Counted from the first letter of the stretch, positions 29,051 through 40,202 are shown. The stretch is 64,000 bases of DNA from Candidatus Gottesmanbacteria bacterium GW2011_GWA2_43_14 (GCA_000999095.1 LCFP01000002.1:5736-69735); one strand, 5' to 3'. Made by a program: numbers and translations. The notes: generated by a model from the letters alone, not told the origin.

Positions 29051-31962
29051 ACGGAAAAATTATAGTTAAAGGAGCCCGGGAACACAATTTGAAAAATATC
29101 AGCCTGGAAATCCCTAAAAATAAGCTGATAGTATTTACGGGCGTTTCCGGCAGCGGCAAATCGTCACTGGCATTTGACACGATTTATGCGGAAGGGCAGA
29201 GGCGGTATGTGGAAAGTCTGTCATCCTACGCCCGTCAATTTCTGGGAATAATGGGCAAGCCGGATGTCGATTCAATCGAAGGCCTTTCACCGGCCATATC
29301 AATCGATCAAAAAAGCACTTCCCATAATCCGCGTTCAACCGTCGGCACCATAACGGAAATTTACGACTACCTTAGATTGTTATATGCCAGAACAGGTCAT
29401 CCTCATTGTCCTACCTGCGGCCGTGAAGTCGTCAGGCAGACCATCCAGCAAATTGCCGATAATGCACTTCAATTGGCTAAGAAATTATTAAAGAACAATC
29501 TGAAAAAAAGCGGGGTACGGCTGATGATCCTCTCCCCGGTTGTCAGGGATAGAAAAGGGGAGTTCAGCAAATTATTTGAAAATTTAAAAAGTAAAGGTTA
29601 CCCGGGGTTACGCATTGACCGGACTTTTTATTCCATGGATGAGGATTTTGTACTTCTAAAAACTAATAAGCACACAATCGAGGTCGTTGTCGACCGTATT
29701 ATTGTCAATAAAAACAACCTCAAGAATTCGGAAAGCCTCCTTATCAAAAGACTGACTGAAGCCGTTGAACAATCAGTCATGTTATCGCAGGGGCTGGTTC
29801 TGGTTTCGGAGATTGAGGACGCCTCATTTGATTTTCCGGAAAAACCGAAAAAATGGACGGACCATCTGTTTTCTGAAAAATTTGCCTGCCCCTGGTGTAA
29901 TATTTCCCTAAGTGAGATAGAACCGCGTATTTTTTCCTTTAACTCTCCCCACGGTGCCTGCAGCGAGTGCACGGGTATAGGGCACCTTCTCAAGGTTGAT
30001 CCCGATCTGATCATCAATTCCAATCTGTCGATAAGCGAAGGCGCCATTATACCTTTTTCCAAATTAATACTGGCCGATACCTGGTATGGCCGGATAGTCG
30101 CCAAAGCAGCCGGAGAGATAGGCATAGACCTAAGGAAACCTTTACAACTGGCCGGAACGGATAAAATTCAAAAATTGCTATACGGTACGGGTGACAGATT
30201 GTATGAAGTTTCGGGTGAAAACCGTCACGGCAGGATTGTCTCTATTGCCGAAACTTTCAAAGGCATTATTCCGGAACTGGAGAGGCGTTTCAGTGAAACA
30301 GAATCTGACTACGTCAGAACTGAGATCGGCAAATATCTCCGGCAGGAAGTCTGCCCTGCCTGCCAAGGTAAGCGGCTGAAGCCGGAAGCCCTCTCCGTGA
30401 CAATTAACGGCAAGTCCATAGTCGAGATAACTTCCTTGCCTATCACTAATGCGTTTTCCTGGGTAGAATCACTTTCCGAAAGCCAAAACAGCCGGGAAAA
30501 GGCCATTGCCGATTTGATAGTCCGTGAACTGAAAAACAGGCTGTCTTTTCTGATTTCGGTCGGACTTGATTATCTGACCTTGGAAAGAAGCGCCCAGTCC
30601 CTGGCCGGGGGCGAAGCCCAAAGGATACGCCTGGCTTCACAGATAGGCTCAGGTCTTACCGGCGTTTTGTATGTTTTGGATGAGCCGTCGATCGGCCTTC
30701 ACCAGCGAGACAATTTAAGGCTGATCGCTACTCTGGAACACCTTAAAAATTTGGGCAACACGGTCATTGTCGTAGAACACGATGCGGAAATGATAAGAAA
30801 TGCGGACTGTATCTTTGATTTCGGTCCGGCTGCAGGAGAACACGGTGGAAAGATTATAGCTTCAGGCACGGTCACGGAAATTCAAAACAACACAAAATCC
30901 CTGACCGGCGATTATCTGTCGGGACGCAAAAAAGTCACCCGCAGCCTGAATCTTCTGACGGAAATGCCGGAAAAGAATTCCGAACTCGTCATTACCGGTT
31001 GCCGGGAAAATAACCTTAAAAATATAAATGCGAAATTTCCGCTTAAGAAATTGATTTGCGTCACCGGCGTTTCCGGCAGCGGCAAATCTACCCTGGTCGT
31101 TGACACTTTATATAGGGCGCTTTATAACCACTTTAACCCGTACTCGCGCGAAAAAGGAGGTAAATACGACCGTCTGGACGGTCTGGAACTGGTTAAAAAA
31201 GTCATCCTGATTGACCAGTCGCCGATTGGACGCACACCCCGCAGCAATCCCGCGACCTACACCGGTTGTTTTACTTTCATCAGGGAACTCTTTGCCCAGA
31301 CGCCGGAAGCCAGGGTCAGAGGCTGGCGGCCGGGAAGATTTTCCTTCAATGTCAAAGGCGGCCGCTGCGAAGTATGCGAAGGCGAGGGACAAACCAAAAT
31401 AGAAATGCAATTTATGCCGGACGTTTACATCACCTGCGATGTTTGCCATGGATCCCGTTATAACAATGAAACATTGGAAGTCAGGTATAAAGATAAAAAC
31501 ATCGCCGATGTCCTGAAAATGACGGTTGAGGAAGCTCTCTCATATTTTATCCATATACCCGGGCTTTACGGGAAAATGCAGACTTTGCACCAGGTGGGAC
31601 TCTCCTATATAAGGCTCGGCCAGCCGGCACCGCACCTTTCGGGAGGCGAAGCTCAGAGAGTCAAGCTGGCCAGTGAACTCTCCAAAAAAAGTACCCGCGA
31701 TACCATATATATCCTGGATGAGCCGACGACCGGTCTTCATTTTGCCGACTTGCAGAATCTTTTGAATGTGCTTCATTCCCTGGTCAGCTTGGGAAATACA
31801 GTCATTGTCATTGAACATAATCTGGATATCATCAGGTGGGCTGACTGGATTATTGATTTGGGTCCGGAGGGCGGTGACCGCGGAGGACAAATCCTTATAT
31901 GCGGCCTCCCGAAAACTGTTTCTGAAGCCAAAAACTCCTTTACCGGCCGGTATATCCGTTAA
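29047..31962 (+). CDS. uvrA: Excinuclease ABC subunit A
   Basis: Tandem ABC ATPase with two [20 protein letters not shown] Walker A sites, zinc-finger cysteines and LSGGEAQR signatures. Confidence 0.95.
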   Translation: MNGKIIVKGAREHNLKNISLEIPKNKLIVFTGVSGSGKSSLAFDTIYAEGQRRYVESLSSYARQFLGIMGKPDVDSIEGLSPAISIDQKSTSHNPRSTVGTITEIYDYLRLLYARTGHPHCPTCGREVVRQTIQQIADNALQLAKKLLKNNLKKSGVRLMILSPVVRDRKGEFSKLFENLKSKGYPGLRIDRTFYSMDEDFVLLKTNKHTIEVVVDRIIVNKNNLKNSESLLIKRLTEAVEQSVMLSQGLVLVSEIEDASFDFPEKPKKWTDHLFSEKFACPWCNISLSEIEPRIFSFNSPHGACSECTGIGHLLKVDPDLIINSNLSISEGAIIPFSKLILADTWYGRIVAKAAGEIGIDLRKPLQLAGTDKIQKLLYGTGDRLYEVSGENRHGRIVSIAETFKGIIPELERRFSETESDYVRTEIGKYLRQEVCPACQGKRLKPEALSVTINGKSIVEITSLPITNAFSWVESLSESQNSREKAIADLIVRELKNRLSFLISVGLDYLTLERSAQSLAGGEAQRIRLASQIGSGLTGVLYVLDEPSIGLHQRDNLRLIATLEHLKNLGNTVIVVEHDAEMIRNADCIFDFGPAAGEHGGKIIASGTVTEIQNNTKSLTGDYLSGRKKVTRSLNLLTEMPEKNSELVITGCRENNLKNINAKFPLKKLICVTGVSGSGKSTLVVDTLYRALYNHFNPYSREKGGKYDRLDGLELVKKVILIDQSPIGRTPRSNPATYTGCFTFIRELFAQTPEARVRGWRPGRFSFNVKGGRCEVCEGEGQTKIEMQFMPDVYITCDVCHGSRYNNETLEVRYKDKNIADVLKMTVEEALSYFIHIPGLYGKMQTLHQVGLSYIRLGQPAPHLSGGEAQRVKLASELSKKSTRDTIYILDEPTTGLHFADLQNLLNVLHSLVSLGNTVIVIEHNLDIIRWADWIIDLGPEGGDRGGQILICGLPKTVSEAKNSFTGRYIR

Positions 31963-31968
31963 ATAAGT

Positions 31969-33276
31969 ATGACTAACTTTTCCCTGTCTGATTTAAATAG
32001 GATACCGGAGACAACCGGTGTTTATCTTTTTCAGGATAAAAATCGCCGGATTATATATATAGGCAAAGCCGTCAACCTGAAAAAAAGAGTCCAATCATAC
32101 TTCCGGGCAGATTTCTACGACGCTAAAAAAAAGCGTCTTGTGGAGAATGTCAGTGAAATTTCATTAATCGAGGTGCGCAATGAATTTGAAGCCCTCATTC
32201 TGGAAGCCAAACTCATTAAGCAAAATCAACCTAAATACAACATCTCTTTAAAGGATGACAAACAGTATATCTATCTGATTGTTACAGACGATGAGTATCC
32301 CAGAATTTTACTGGCCAGGAAAATAGACACGCAAGGCGAACTTTTCGGACCCTTTCCCTCAAAAAAGACTGTCAAGGTAATTATCGGCCTGTTGAGATCC
32401 ATTTTTCCCTTCTGCACGCAAAAACCCAAAAGCAAAAGAAGTTGTTTTTACAGCCATCTGGGACTTTGCATACCTTGCCCGGCGGCAATCAGAATAATGC
32501 CGAAAAAAGAAGCTCAGGAGGCAAAAAAACTGTATTTAGGCAATATCCGCCGGATCAAAAAAATACTTAAAGGATCAATCGACCAGGTAAGCAGGGAATT
32601 AACCCAGAAAATGACGGAGTTATCCCGGCAAAACAAGTATGAAGAGGCAGCTGTCATCCGGGATCAGCTGAAAAAGCTGGAGGAAATTACCGAAGTAAAA
32701 TTCCGTCCCGATCAGTATATGGATAACCCTTATTTAGCGGCCAATCTCAAGCAAAAAGAACAGCAGATGCTTGAAGAGTCGTTAAGCCGGGTATTAAACC
32801 GCAAAGTCAAAGCGGAAACGATAGAATGCTATGACATCAGCAATCTGTCCGGCCAACACGCGACCGGCTCGATGGTAACTTTCCACTTGGGTTGGCCTGA
32901 CAAAAAACGCTACCGGCATTTCCGCATCAAAACCATGTCAACTCCTGACGATTACAACATGCTTCATGAGGTTATTGTCCGTCGGTTGAGGCACAGCGAA
33001 TGGCCGTTGCCTGACTTGTTCATAGTAGACGGTGGGGAAAACCAATTAAAGGTATTTTTGCAGGTCTTACAAAAGCTGGAATTGAATATTCCGGCAATTG
33101 CCTTAGCCAAACGCTTTGAAAAAATTTATTATGCCGCTTCTGATGGTATCGGAACACTGGAATTTTCAAGGGATACCCCGGCCTTGCAGTTGGTGCAGCG
33201 GTTGCGGGACGAAGCCCACAGGTTTGCCGGACGCTACCACCGTCTGCTGAGAATTAAATATTTATTAAATGGTTGA
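31969..33276 (+). CDS. uvrC: Excinuclease ABC subunit C (short form lacking a C-terminal HhH region)
   Basis: GIY-YIG motif GVYLFQDKNRRIIYIGKAVNLKKR and C-terminal DEAHRFAGRYHR endonuclease motif. Only 435 aa. Confidence 0.8.
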   Translation: MTNFSLSDLNRIPETTGVYLFQDKNRRIIYIGKAVNLKKRVQSYFRADFYDAKKKRLVENVSEISLIEVRNEFEALILEAKLIKQNQPKYNISLKDDKQYIYLIVTDDEYPRILLARKIDTQGELFGPFPSKKTVKVIIGLLRSIFPFCTQKPKSKRSCFYSHLGLCIPCPAAIRIMPKKEAQEAKKLYLGNIRRIKKILKGSIDQVSRELTQKMTELSRQNKYEEAAVIRDQLKKLEEITEVKFRPDQYMDNPYLAANLKQKEQQMLEESLSRVLNRKVKAETIECYDISNLSGQHATGSMVTFHLGWPDKKRYRHFRIKTMSTPDDYNMLHEVIVRRLRHSEWPLPDLFIVDGGENQLKVFLQVLQKLELNIPAIALAKRFEKIYYAASDGIGTLEFSRDTPALQLVQRLRDEAHRFAGRYHRLLRIKYLLNG

Positions 33277-33312
33277 CATGTGCTACTCTCCAATAGTATT
33301 TAACTCGAAATT

Positions 33313-33711
33313 ATGAAAACAATTATCCGGAAATATTTTGCCGCTGTTTTTTCAATTGCTATTGTCTCGCAACTGAAAACCGGACTGGTGCTGGAAAACG
33401 GCTGGCAAAACACAGCCTCTGCGGCAGCACTTTTAACGGTTATTCTTTTTATCAAACCCCTGATTGACGCCCTTATGCTGCCTTTAAACCTGCTGACATT
33501 GAATCTTACAAACTGGCTTATGTATATTACCTTAATCTTTATCTGGTCGCTGCTTTCCTGGCAGGTTAATTTAACTACATTTAATTTTCAGGGGGCAAAA
33601 ATCGGTCCGATTGCCCTGTCTGCCGCTTTATTGCCGGCCTGGCAGGCAGGCATCCTATCTGCTCTGTTGGTAGTTTTAATTTTAAAATTTTTCGGCTGGC
33701 TGTTTCGGTAA
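33313..33711 (+). CDS. Small 4-TM membrane protein (YvlD/holin-4-like)
   Basis: 132 aa with about four hydrophobic helices. Confidence 0.35.
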   Translation: MKTIIRKYFAAVFSIAIVSQLKTGLVLENGWQNTASAAALLTVILFIKPLIDALMLPLNLLTLNLTNWLMYITLIFIWSLLSWQVNLTTFNFQGAKIGPIALSAALLPAWQAGILSALLVVLILKFFGWLFR

Positions 33712-34701
33712 ATGAAAAATAAATCCTATATTGTCATCGGAGGCGGAACAGGCACTTTTTCAGTCCTTACCGGTCTCAAAAAATACACAGATAATATCGC
33801 CGCTGTTGTTTCCATGGCTGATTCGGGCGGCAGTGCCAAGAAAGAACGTGATGAGTGGGGTTTGCTCCCTTCAAGCGATATCCGTAAATCACTGCTGGCT
33901 CTGGCAGACGTCTCTGCCCAGGACAGCCTTATTCTTCGTAAGCTATTTGAATACCGTTTTGCCAAGGGAATAGGCGTATCGGGCATGACATTCGGAAATC
34001 TTTTTCTGGTGGCCCTGTCGGATATCGTCAAATCACAAACCAAGGGAATTGAAATGGCCAGTGAACTTCTGAGGATTCGCGGTAAAGTATTGCCGGTTTC
34101 TCTGGACAAAGTCGATCTGGTCGCCGAATACGCTGACGGGTCGGTTGTTATCGGTGAGCATGATATTGACGAACCCGTTCATAACGGCCGCATCAAAATT
34201 GAGAAACTATACCTTAAGCCGCAGGCGAAAATTTCTCCGCACACCAAAAATGCGATTGCTGAGGCTGATGTTATTATTATCGGTCCCGGAGGGTTTTACA
34301 CTACTGTCATTGCCAATCTGGTAGTTGACGGAGTTGCCCAGGCAATCAACAACTCCAAAGCGAAAAAAGTATTTATCATGAATCTGATGACGGAATACGG
34401 CCAAACGTTCGGCTTTTCCGCCAGTGATTTCATCAGGGAAATGAACAAATACATCATTGTCAACGGATTGGATTATGTTTTGGTAAATAAGTCGCCGATT
34501 CCGGAAAAAATTCTGAAGAGATATTCCCAATTCCGGGCAACACCCGTTGTCAATGACCTTACGGGTGACTGGCCATTCAGAGTAGTCGGTCTGGATCTGC
34601 TGTCAAAAACAATTGTGCGAAAACAACCCGGCGACACCTTAAGAAGAAGCCTTGTCAGGCATGATCCGGAAGCGATTGCCCGATTCTGTCTCAAAATCTG
34701 A
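33712..34701 (+). CDS. YvcK/CofD-family gluconeogenesis factor-like protein
   Basis: YIVIGGGTGTFSVLTGLKKYTDNIAAVVSMADSGGS, typical of the UPF0052/CofD fold. Confidence 0.8.
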   Translation: MKNKSYIVIGGGTGTFSVLTGLKKYTDNIAAVVSMADSGGSAKKERDEWGLLPSSDIRKSLLALADVSAQDSLILRKLFEYRFAKGIGVSGMTFGNLFLVALSDIVKSQTKGIEMASELLRIRGKVLPVSLDKVDLVAEYADGSVVIGEHDIDEPVHNGRIKIEKLYLKPQAKISPHTKNAIAEADVIIIGPGGFYTTVIANLVVDGVAQAINNSKAKKVFIMNLMTEYGQTFGFSASDFIREMNKYIIVNGLDYVLVNKSPIPEKILKRYSQFRATPVVNDLTGDWPFRVVGLDLLSKTIVRKQPGDTLRRSLVRHDPEAIARFCLKI

Positions 34702-34747
34702 ATCCGTCTGCCGGGAAAAAAGAGCCGTAATAGGGTATAATAGGAAT

Positions 34748-34966
34748 ATGCTTCAAATCCTGGTCATTGTTCAAATCATCATTTCCCTGACTCTTCTGGT
34801 CACTATTCTCATTCAGGCAAAAGGTGTGGGATTGGGAAGGGCATGGGGGGGCGGCGGTGAATTCTATAAAAGCCGGCGCGGTGTGGAAAAAGTAATCTTC
34901 CGCCTGACGATCGTTTTGGTTGCCCTGTTTTTGATATCATCTGTTTTAAACGTCATCTATCTTTAG
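34748..34966 (+). CDS. secG: Preprotein translocase subunit SecG
   Basis: MLQILVIVQIIISLTLLVTILIQAKGVGLGRAWGGGGEF; start trimmed to the internal ATG. Confidence 0.7.
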   Translation: MLQILVIVQIIISLTLLVTILIQAKGVGLGRAWGGGGEFYKSRRGVEKVIFRLTIVLVALFLISSVLNVIYL

Positions 34967-34977
34967 CACTTCAATTC

Positions 34978-36315
34978 ATGCGTAAACACTTGCTGTATTG
35001 GATGTTTTTTATCCAAACGTTTTTAAAACGCCATTCCAAACAAATTATATTTGCCGGAATCAGCGGTTTTCTGGCTACTTTGTTTATCTTTCAAATCTAT
35101 CCGTACCTCTCAATGATGGCAGGCAGGAAACACCAAAGAATCGGCCTCATCGGCAATTACACCGTCAATAACCTGCCTTTGTCCATTCAAAACAAAATCA
35201 GTTTCGGTTTGACCGGAATCCTGCCGGACGGACAGGCTACCGAAGCGGCAGGACTATCCTATTCCGTGGAAAATAACCTGATTTACAAATTTAAAATTAA
35301 GCCGAATTTGAAATGGCATGACGGTAAACAGCTCACCGCCGGGGATGTCAACTACCGCATACAGGGCGCAGAATTGAAAGCCGAGGACAATTATACGCTG
35401 GAAATAAAACTCAAGGATGCTTACGCACCTTTGCCGATTCTCCTAAGCCAGCCCTTATTCCGCGAACGACTTATCGGCTTGGGACTCTACCGGGTTGCCC
35501 GGCTGGTCAAAGCCCAGGGAAGCGACCAGATCAGCGAACTGACTATTATTCCTGACAGCAAGGATTTGCCTTCGGAAACTTACCGCTTTTATTCGACCAA
35601 AAAAGATGCTGTCTTGGCTTTTAAGCTGGGGGAAGTTGATTCACTTCAGGATCTGGATAACGTTCAGGAAGTAAAATCATGGAAAAATCTGGAAGTCAGC
35701 GAAAAAACGCTTTACAACCGTGTAATCACCCTCTTTTATAATTTGGATGTAGCCAAATTCAAAGACAAAGAAATAAGACAGGCGTTTGCTTATGCCATTC
35801 CGCCGTATGATACTTATGAGAAGGCAGCCTCACCGATTTCCCCCCTGTCGTGGGCCTATTCGCAGAAACTGAGACTTTACCAGTATGACCAGGAGACTGC
35901 CGCTAAAATCCTCTCCAAAAGCCCACTAGCCACGTCTTCGTCGGAACTTGTTTTGACTTCACCGGTATCAACCTTAAATCTGGCCCAACATCTGGTTGAT
36001 GCCTGGACCAAAGTCGGCGTCAACGTCAAAATCAGGGTTGACAACGGCATTCCGGAAAAATACGACATGCTGCTGCGAACCATACCCATTCCTCCTGATC
36101 CGGACCAGTATTACCTCTGGCAGTCAACCCAGCAAAATACCAATCTCTCAAATTACTCCAGCGCCAAGATAGACCAGCTGCTGGAAGTAGGGCGCAAAAC
36201 TTTGGATTGGGAGCAGAGGAAAAAAATATATGCGGATTTCCAGTTTTATCTGGTAGACGATGCGCCTGCCATTTTCCTTTATTACCCTAAAAGCTACCAA
36301 ATTGTCAGAAAATAA
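34978..36315 (+). CDS. ABC transporter substrate-binding protein, family 5 (oligopeptide/nickel type), membrane-anchored
   Basis: Size and general SBP_bac_5-like features, with an N-terminal TM segment. Confidence 0.55.
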   Translation: MRKHLLYWMFFIQTFLKRHSKQIIFAGISGFLATLFIFQIYPYLSMMAGRKHQRIGLIGNYTVNNLPLSIQNKISFGLTGILPDGQATEAAGLSYSVENNLIYKFKIKPNLKWHDGKQLTAGDVNYRIQGAELKAEDNYTLEIKLKDAYAPLPILLSQPLFRERLIGLGLYRVARLVKAQGSDQISELTIIPDSKDLPSETYRFYSTKKDAVLAFKLGEVDSLQDLDNVQEVKSWKNLEVSEKTLYNRVITLFYNLDVAKFKDKEIRQAFAYAIPPYDTYEKAASPISPLSWAYSQKLRLYQYDQETAAKILSKSPLATSSSELVLTSPVSTLNLAQHLVDAWTKVGVNVKIRVDNGIPEKYDMLLRTIPIPPDPDQYYLWQSTQQNTNLSNYSSAKIDQLLEVGRKTLDWEQRKKIYADFQFYLVDDAPAIFLYYPKSYQIVRK

Positions 36316-36370
36316 AAAATTAATCGCGGAATTTCACGCTGATATGATAAAATGAGATGAAATACTGTCT

Positions 36371-36459
36371 GCCGCGGTGGCGAAACAGGTATACGCGCAG
36401 GACTTAAAATTCTGTGATCTTAATCGATCGTGTGGGTTCGATTCCCTCCCGCGGCACCA
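36371..36459 (+). tRNA. tRNA-Leu (anticodon UAA), type II with long variable arm, CCA encoded
   Basis: GCCGCGGTGGCGAAACAGGTATACGCGCAGGACTTAAAATTCTG...GGGTTCGATTCCCTCCCGCGGCACCA. Confidence 0.85.
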
Positions 36460-36510
36460 TGTAGGAAAAGTCAAAGAGTTTTAGTTCGCCTCGCCTCGCT
36501 CGGCGGCTAG

Positions 36511-37077
36511 TTGGTATTCAATTTTGGGGGAAGAAAATTTTTTAATCATATGAGTCAAAAAGGATTTATATATATAGTTATCATCATTTTTGTCGTTGCA
36601 ATTGCTGGTACAATTGGATACTTTGCTTTGTTAAAAAAACAAACACCGACTACTGAAACGAACCAACTGCAACAGACAAACACGCCAGTAACGCCCCAAA
36701 TACAGACAACAAAAAATAATCCAACCGCAACACCGCCGCCAGTCACTCCTAAAAGTGTAACTCAAAAAAATGTTGATGATTGCAATTCCATTAGTAATTC
36801 GTCTTTCCGCTCGATTAACCAATACGAGGTTGGACTTGGACCCAATGGTCCAGCGATGGGATATTGGGGCATTCAATTTCAGAAAGGCACAACTCTCTCT
36901 GACTATGGTGAGCCAACATTTCAGTGGGGCCACTCCGATGTTTCCGAAAGCGGTACCTATACCTGCAAGGACAATGTTTTGCAGGTTAAATTTTTTGCCT
37001 ACTCTATTACCGCTTACTACGATGGGAGCAAAAAAATCTTGACCTGGGATGGTGTTGAATATAAGAAAGTTGAATGA
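36511..37077 (+). CDS. Hypothetical membrane-anchored protein with a Thr/Pro-rich linker
   Basis: N-terminal TM segment, a TPxT-rich low-complexity linker and a C-terminal globular part. Preferred over the overlapping minus-strand ORF 36631..37257. Confidence 0.35.
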   Translation: MVFNFGGRKFFNHMSQKGFIYIVIIIFVVAIAGTIGYFALLKKQTPTTETNQLQQTNTPVTPQIQTTKNNPTATPPPVTPKSVTQKNVDDCNSISNSSFRSINQYEVGLGPNGPAMGYWGIQFQKGTTLSDYGEPTFQWGHSDVSESGTYTCKDNVLQVKFFAYSITAYYDGSKKILTWDGVEYKKVE

Positions 37078-37137
37078 CATTTGATAATTTTTCCTAATAG
37101 ATTTTGCCGTCAAAAAAAACTTGAAATTGTCAGCAGT

Positions 37138-37163
37138 GCGGCTCTGCCGCCTTTCCGAATTTT
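37138..37163 (+). terminator. Weak intrinsic terminator candidate
   Basis: GCGGC-TCT-GCCGC hairpin followed by CTTTCCGAATTTT. Confidence 0.3.
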
Positions 37164-37241
37164 CGTGGGGGGGGTATTCCTCGTCTCCGCAGGCGAAATG
37201 CGTTCGGACTAATTCAAGAATACGGTACATGTAAAAATATC

Positions 37242-37270
37242 TTGACACTTTTTTCAACTGAGCTTAAGAT
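37242..37270 (+). promoter_or_regulatory. Sigma70-like promoter TTGACA-N17-TAAGAT upstream of the efflux operon
   Basis: TTGACA at 37242-37247, a 17-nt spacer, TAAGAT at 37265-37270, and the ATG at 37286. Confidence 0.45.
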
Positions 37271-37285
37271 GAACCTATTTCCCAT

Positions 37286-38326
37286 ATGCTTAAATTTCTG
37301 AAAAAAAGATTTAAACTGATCGTTATTTTAGCAGTTATTGCCGCTCTTACACTGTTGTATACCAGCCGCAGCCGGGCCCAGCAAAAAAAAGAAGAAACAG
37401 CCAAAGTCAAAACCGGCAAACTCGAAGAAGTTCTGACCATATCGGGAACAATTGATGCTGAGGAAAAAGCCACCTTGCGTTTCCAGACCTCAGGCAGGCT
37501 TGCCTGGATCGGTGTCAAGGAAGGCGATATGGTGGAAAAATACCAGGGTATTGCCTCACTGGACAAAAGGGATGTGGAAAAGAATCTGAAAAAGAAAATG
37601 CTCTCATACATGAATGAAAGATGGGACTTTGAACAGTCCCATGATGATTATGACATCCGCGGCAGGCCGATAAACGATATCGGCGAACTGACTGTTGAAG
37701 AAAGACGTATCCTGGAAAAAGCCCAATTTGACCTTGACTCAACTGTATTGGATGTTGAAATCCAGAATTTAGCCGTCGAATATGCCAACCTGTGGACTCC
37801 CATTGCCGGTATCGTCACCAAGGTGGCAATACCCTTTGCCGGTATGAACATTACCCCGGCGCTGGCTGAGTTTGAAATCATCAACCCTTCCAGCATTTAT
37901 TTTTCAGCTATTGCCGATGAAACTGAAGTAACCCAACTGAAGGAAAATCTGGCCGGCGCATTGATTCTTGATGCCTTTCCTGACAATAATCTTACGGGTA
38001 TTATCGACAGAATTTCCTTCGTACCCAAAGCCGGAGAAACCGGCACCGTCTATGAAGTCAAATTTAAGTTTAGGAACACGATCGGCAGCAACAATTACCG
38101 GATAGGCATGGCAGGTGACGTCGACTTTATCGTAGGTTCAATCGACAAGGCCGTATTTATACCGACCAAATTTGTTCAGGAGGAAGATTCCAGGACTTTT
38201 GTCTTCGTTAAACGGCAAGGTAAAAATGAAAAAGTTATGATCAAAACCGGCGAGGAAATCAACGGGGATACCGTCATTTTATCGGGCCTTAAAGTTAATG
38301 AAACGGTCGTCCTGCCTGAAAAATGA
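37286..38326 (+). CDS. Efflux transporter periplasmic adaptor (HlyD/MacA-like membrane fusion protein)
   Basis: N-terminal TM segment, coiled-coil region and beta-barrel/lipoyl-like segments; sits in an operon with the ABC ATPase. Confidence 0.75.
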   Translation: MLKFLKKRFKLIVILAVIAALTLLYTSRSRAQQKKEETAKVKTGKLEEVLTISGTIDAEEKATLRFQTSGRLAWIGVKEGDMVEKYQGIASLDKRDVEKNLKKKMLSYMNERWDFEQSHDDYDIRGRPINDIGELTVEERRILEKAQFDLDSTVLDVEIQNLAVEYANLWTPIAGIVTKVAIPFAGMNITPALAEFEIINPSSIYFSAIADETEVTQLKENLAGALILDAFPDNNLTGIIDRISFVPKAGETGTVYEVKFKFRNTIGSNNYRIGMAGDVDFIVGSIDKAVFIPTKFVQEEDSRTFVFVKRQGKNEKVMIKTGEEINGDTVILSGLKVNETVVLPEK

Positions 38327-38988
38327 TAATTCTTGACCATGTCAACAAAATCTACCAGATCGACGGAGAAGAATTTTACGCCCTGCGTGATATCAGTCTG
38401 GAAGTAAAAGAGGGGGAATTCACAGCCATCCTGGGTCCTTCAGGCTGCGGCAAATCAACCCTGATGCACATAATCGGGCTTCTGGATACTCCCACCTCAG
38501 GCAAATTACTGATTAACAAAAAAAACGTGACCAAATTGGATGACAACGAACTTTCCCGACTGCGCAATGAATTTGCCGGGTTTATTTTCCAGCAGTTCAA
38601 TCTCATCAATAAACTGACTGTGCTGGAAAATATCCTCCTGCCGACCATTTATTCCGCAAAAAAGTACACTTATGATCCTAAGACCAGAGCCTTGGAACTG
38701 ATGGACCGTTTCGGTATCATCAACAAACAGAAATCATATCCCAACAAACTGTCAGGCGGACAGCAGCAGCGGGTAGCTATTGCCCGGGCACTTCTGAATG
38801 AGCCTAAAATTATTCTGGCTGATGAACCGACCGGCAATCTTGACTCGAAAACCGGCAGGACTATCCTGGATCTGATCAGGGAATTGAACCAAAAAGAAAG
38901 TATCACCGTAGTTCTAGTCACCCACGATCGGGAAATTGCCGAATCATGCAGGCGTCATATCAGTATGCTGGACGGTAAAATCGTCTGA
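38323..38988 (+). CDS. ABC transporter ATP-binding protein (MacB/LolD-type)
   Basis: Walker [10 protein letters not shown], signature [15 protein letters not shown], Walker [12 protein letters not shown]. Confidence 0.9.
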   Translation: MIILDHVNKIYQIDGEEFYALRDISLEVKEGEFTAILGPSGCGKSTLMHIIGLLDTPTSGKLLINKKNVTKLDDNELSRLRNEFAGFIFQQFNLINKLTVLENILLPTIYSAKKYTYDPKTRALELMDRFGIINKQKSYPNKLSGGQQQRVAIARALLNEPKIILADEPTGNLDSKTGRTILDLIRELNQKESITVVLVTHDREIAESCRRHISMLDGKIV

Positions 38989-38999
38989 GCCGACATTTT

Positions 39000-40202
39000 A
39001 TGGGCATCCTTCTGTCAATCATCAGGACATCTTTATGGGATTTCAGCCGTAACTTACTTCGGACTTTTCTGACTTCACTGGGGATTCTGATCGGGGTATC
39101 CTCTGTAATTTTGCTGGTGTCGCTGGGGGTCGGACTGAAAAATTATATCGGTGATCAATTTGAAAATCTCGGTAGCAATATCCTGATTGTCATGCCAGGG
39201 CAAATTTTCGGCAACAGCATGTCCCAGGGCGGTAATTTCTCGGGCATTACCTTTACCGAAAAGGATTTCCTGAATATCGCTAAAATCAAAGGCATAAAAG
39301 CTGTCGCTCCCGCATATGTCAAGACAGTTACCGCCGCATTCGAAGGAAAAACCGAGATCGGCAGCTACTACGGCACCACCGCAGATATATTTTCAATGAG
39401 GAATCTGGAAGCGGAGTACGGAGAGGTATTTTTACCGGGCGATGTCAGCAAAAGAAAAAAAATAATGGTTCTGGGACCGAAAATTGCCGAAAAACTGTTC
39501 GGGAATAAGGAAGATGCCGTCGGCAAAACCGTCAAAATTGACGAACAAGGTTTTAGAGTAACGGGAATACTCAGGTCAAAAGGCGGAGGAGGATTCGGCG
39601 GTCCTGATTTTGACTCCTTCCTTTACATTCCCTATAAGTCTTCACCGAAAATAAACCAGGAGAAAAAATTTTCCGTCATCAATTTTCAGGCCGATAAAGA
39701 ATCCGCCATTGAAAAAACCAAAGATTCGGTGACGGCTTTATTGGAGAAAACATACGATGAGGAAGATTTTTCCGTCATCGAACAGTCGCAGATCCAGGAA
39801 ACCGTAACCTCCATTTTCGCAATTTTAAACAGTGTTCTTGTCGCTATCGCCGCAATTTCTTTGGTTGTCGGCGGTATCGGCATTATGAATATCATGTACA
39901 TAACCGTCACCGAAAGAATCCGGGAAATTGGTATCAGAAGGGCTATGGGTGCCACCCGCAATAATATCCTGATGCAGTTTTTATTCGAGGCGGTTTTTCT
40001 GTCGACTATCGGCGGCAGTTTCGGGTTGCTGCTGTCCTATTTGATAGTTCTGATCGGTTCCCGCTTTTTCCCCCTGGCTATAGATGTCATGAGTGTAGCG
40101 GCAGCTTTGACTGTTTCAACATCCATCGGCGTCGTTTTCGGTGTTCTGCCGGCCCGTAAAGCCGCGCTCCTGTCACCTGTGGAAGCTATCCGTTATGAAT
40201 AA
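39000..40202 (+). CDS. ABC transporter permease (FtsX/MacB_PCD type)
   Basis: N-terminal TM segment, large periplasmic domain and C-terminal FtsX 3-TM bundle. Confidence 0.8.
   Translation: MGILLSIIRTSLWDFSRNLLRTFLTSLGILIGVSSVILLVSLGVGLKNYIGDQFENLGSNILIVMPGQIFGNSMSQGGNFSGITFTEKDFLNIAKIKGIKAVAPAYVKTVTAAFEGKTEIGSYYGTTADIFSMRNLEAEYGEVFLPGDVSKRKKIMVLGPKIAEKLFGNKEDAVGKTVKIDEQGFRVTGILRSKGGGGFGGPDFDSFLYIPYKSSPKINQEKKFSVINFQADKESAIEKTKDSVTALLEKTYDEEDFSVIEQSQIQETVTSIFAILNSVLVAIAAISLVVGGIGIMNIMYITVTERIREIGIRRAMGATRNNILMQFLFEAVFLSTIGGSFGLLLSYLIVLIGSRFFPLAIDVMSVAAALTVSTSIGVVFGVLPARKAALLSPVEAIRYE

Noticed and set aside
36631-37257. 208-aa minus-strand ORF overlapping the 36511..37077 gene
   Set aside because: The two ORFs are mutually exclusive. 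The plus-strand product has a clean N-terminal TM segment and a Thr/Pro linker typical of secreted proteins, whereas the minus ORF is Cys/Arg/Trp-rich and looks like an antisense artefact. Kept only as an alternative.
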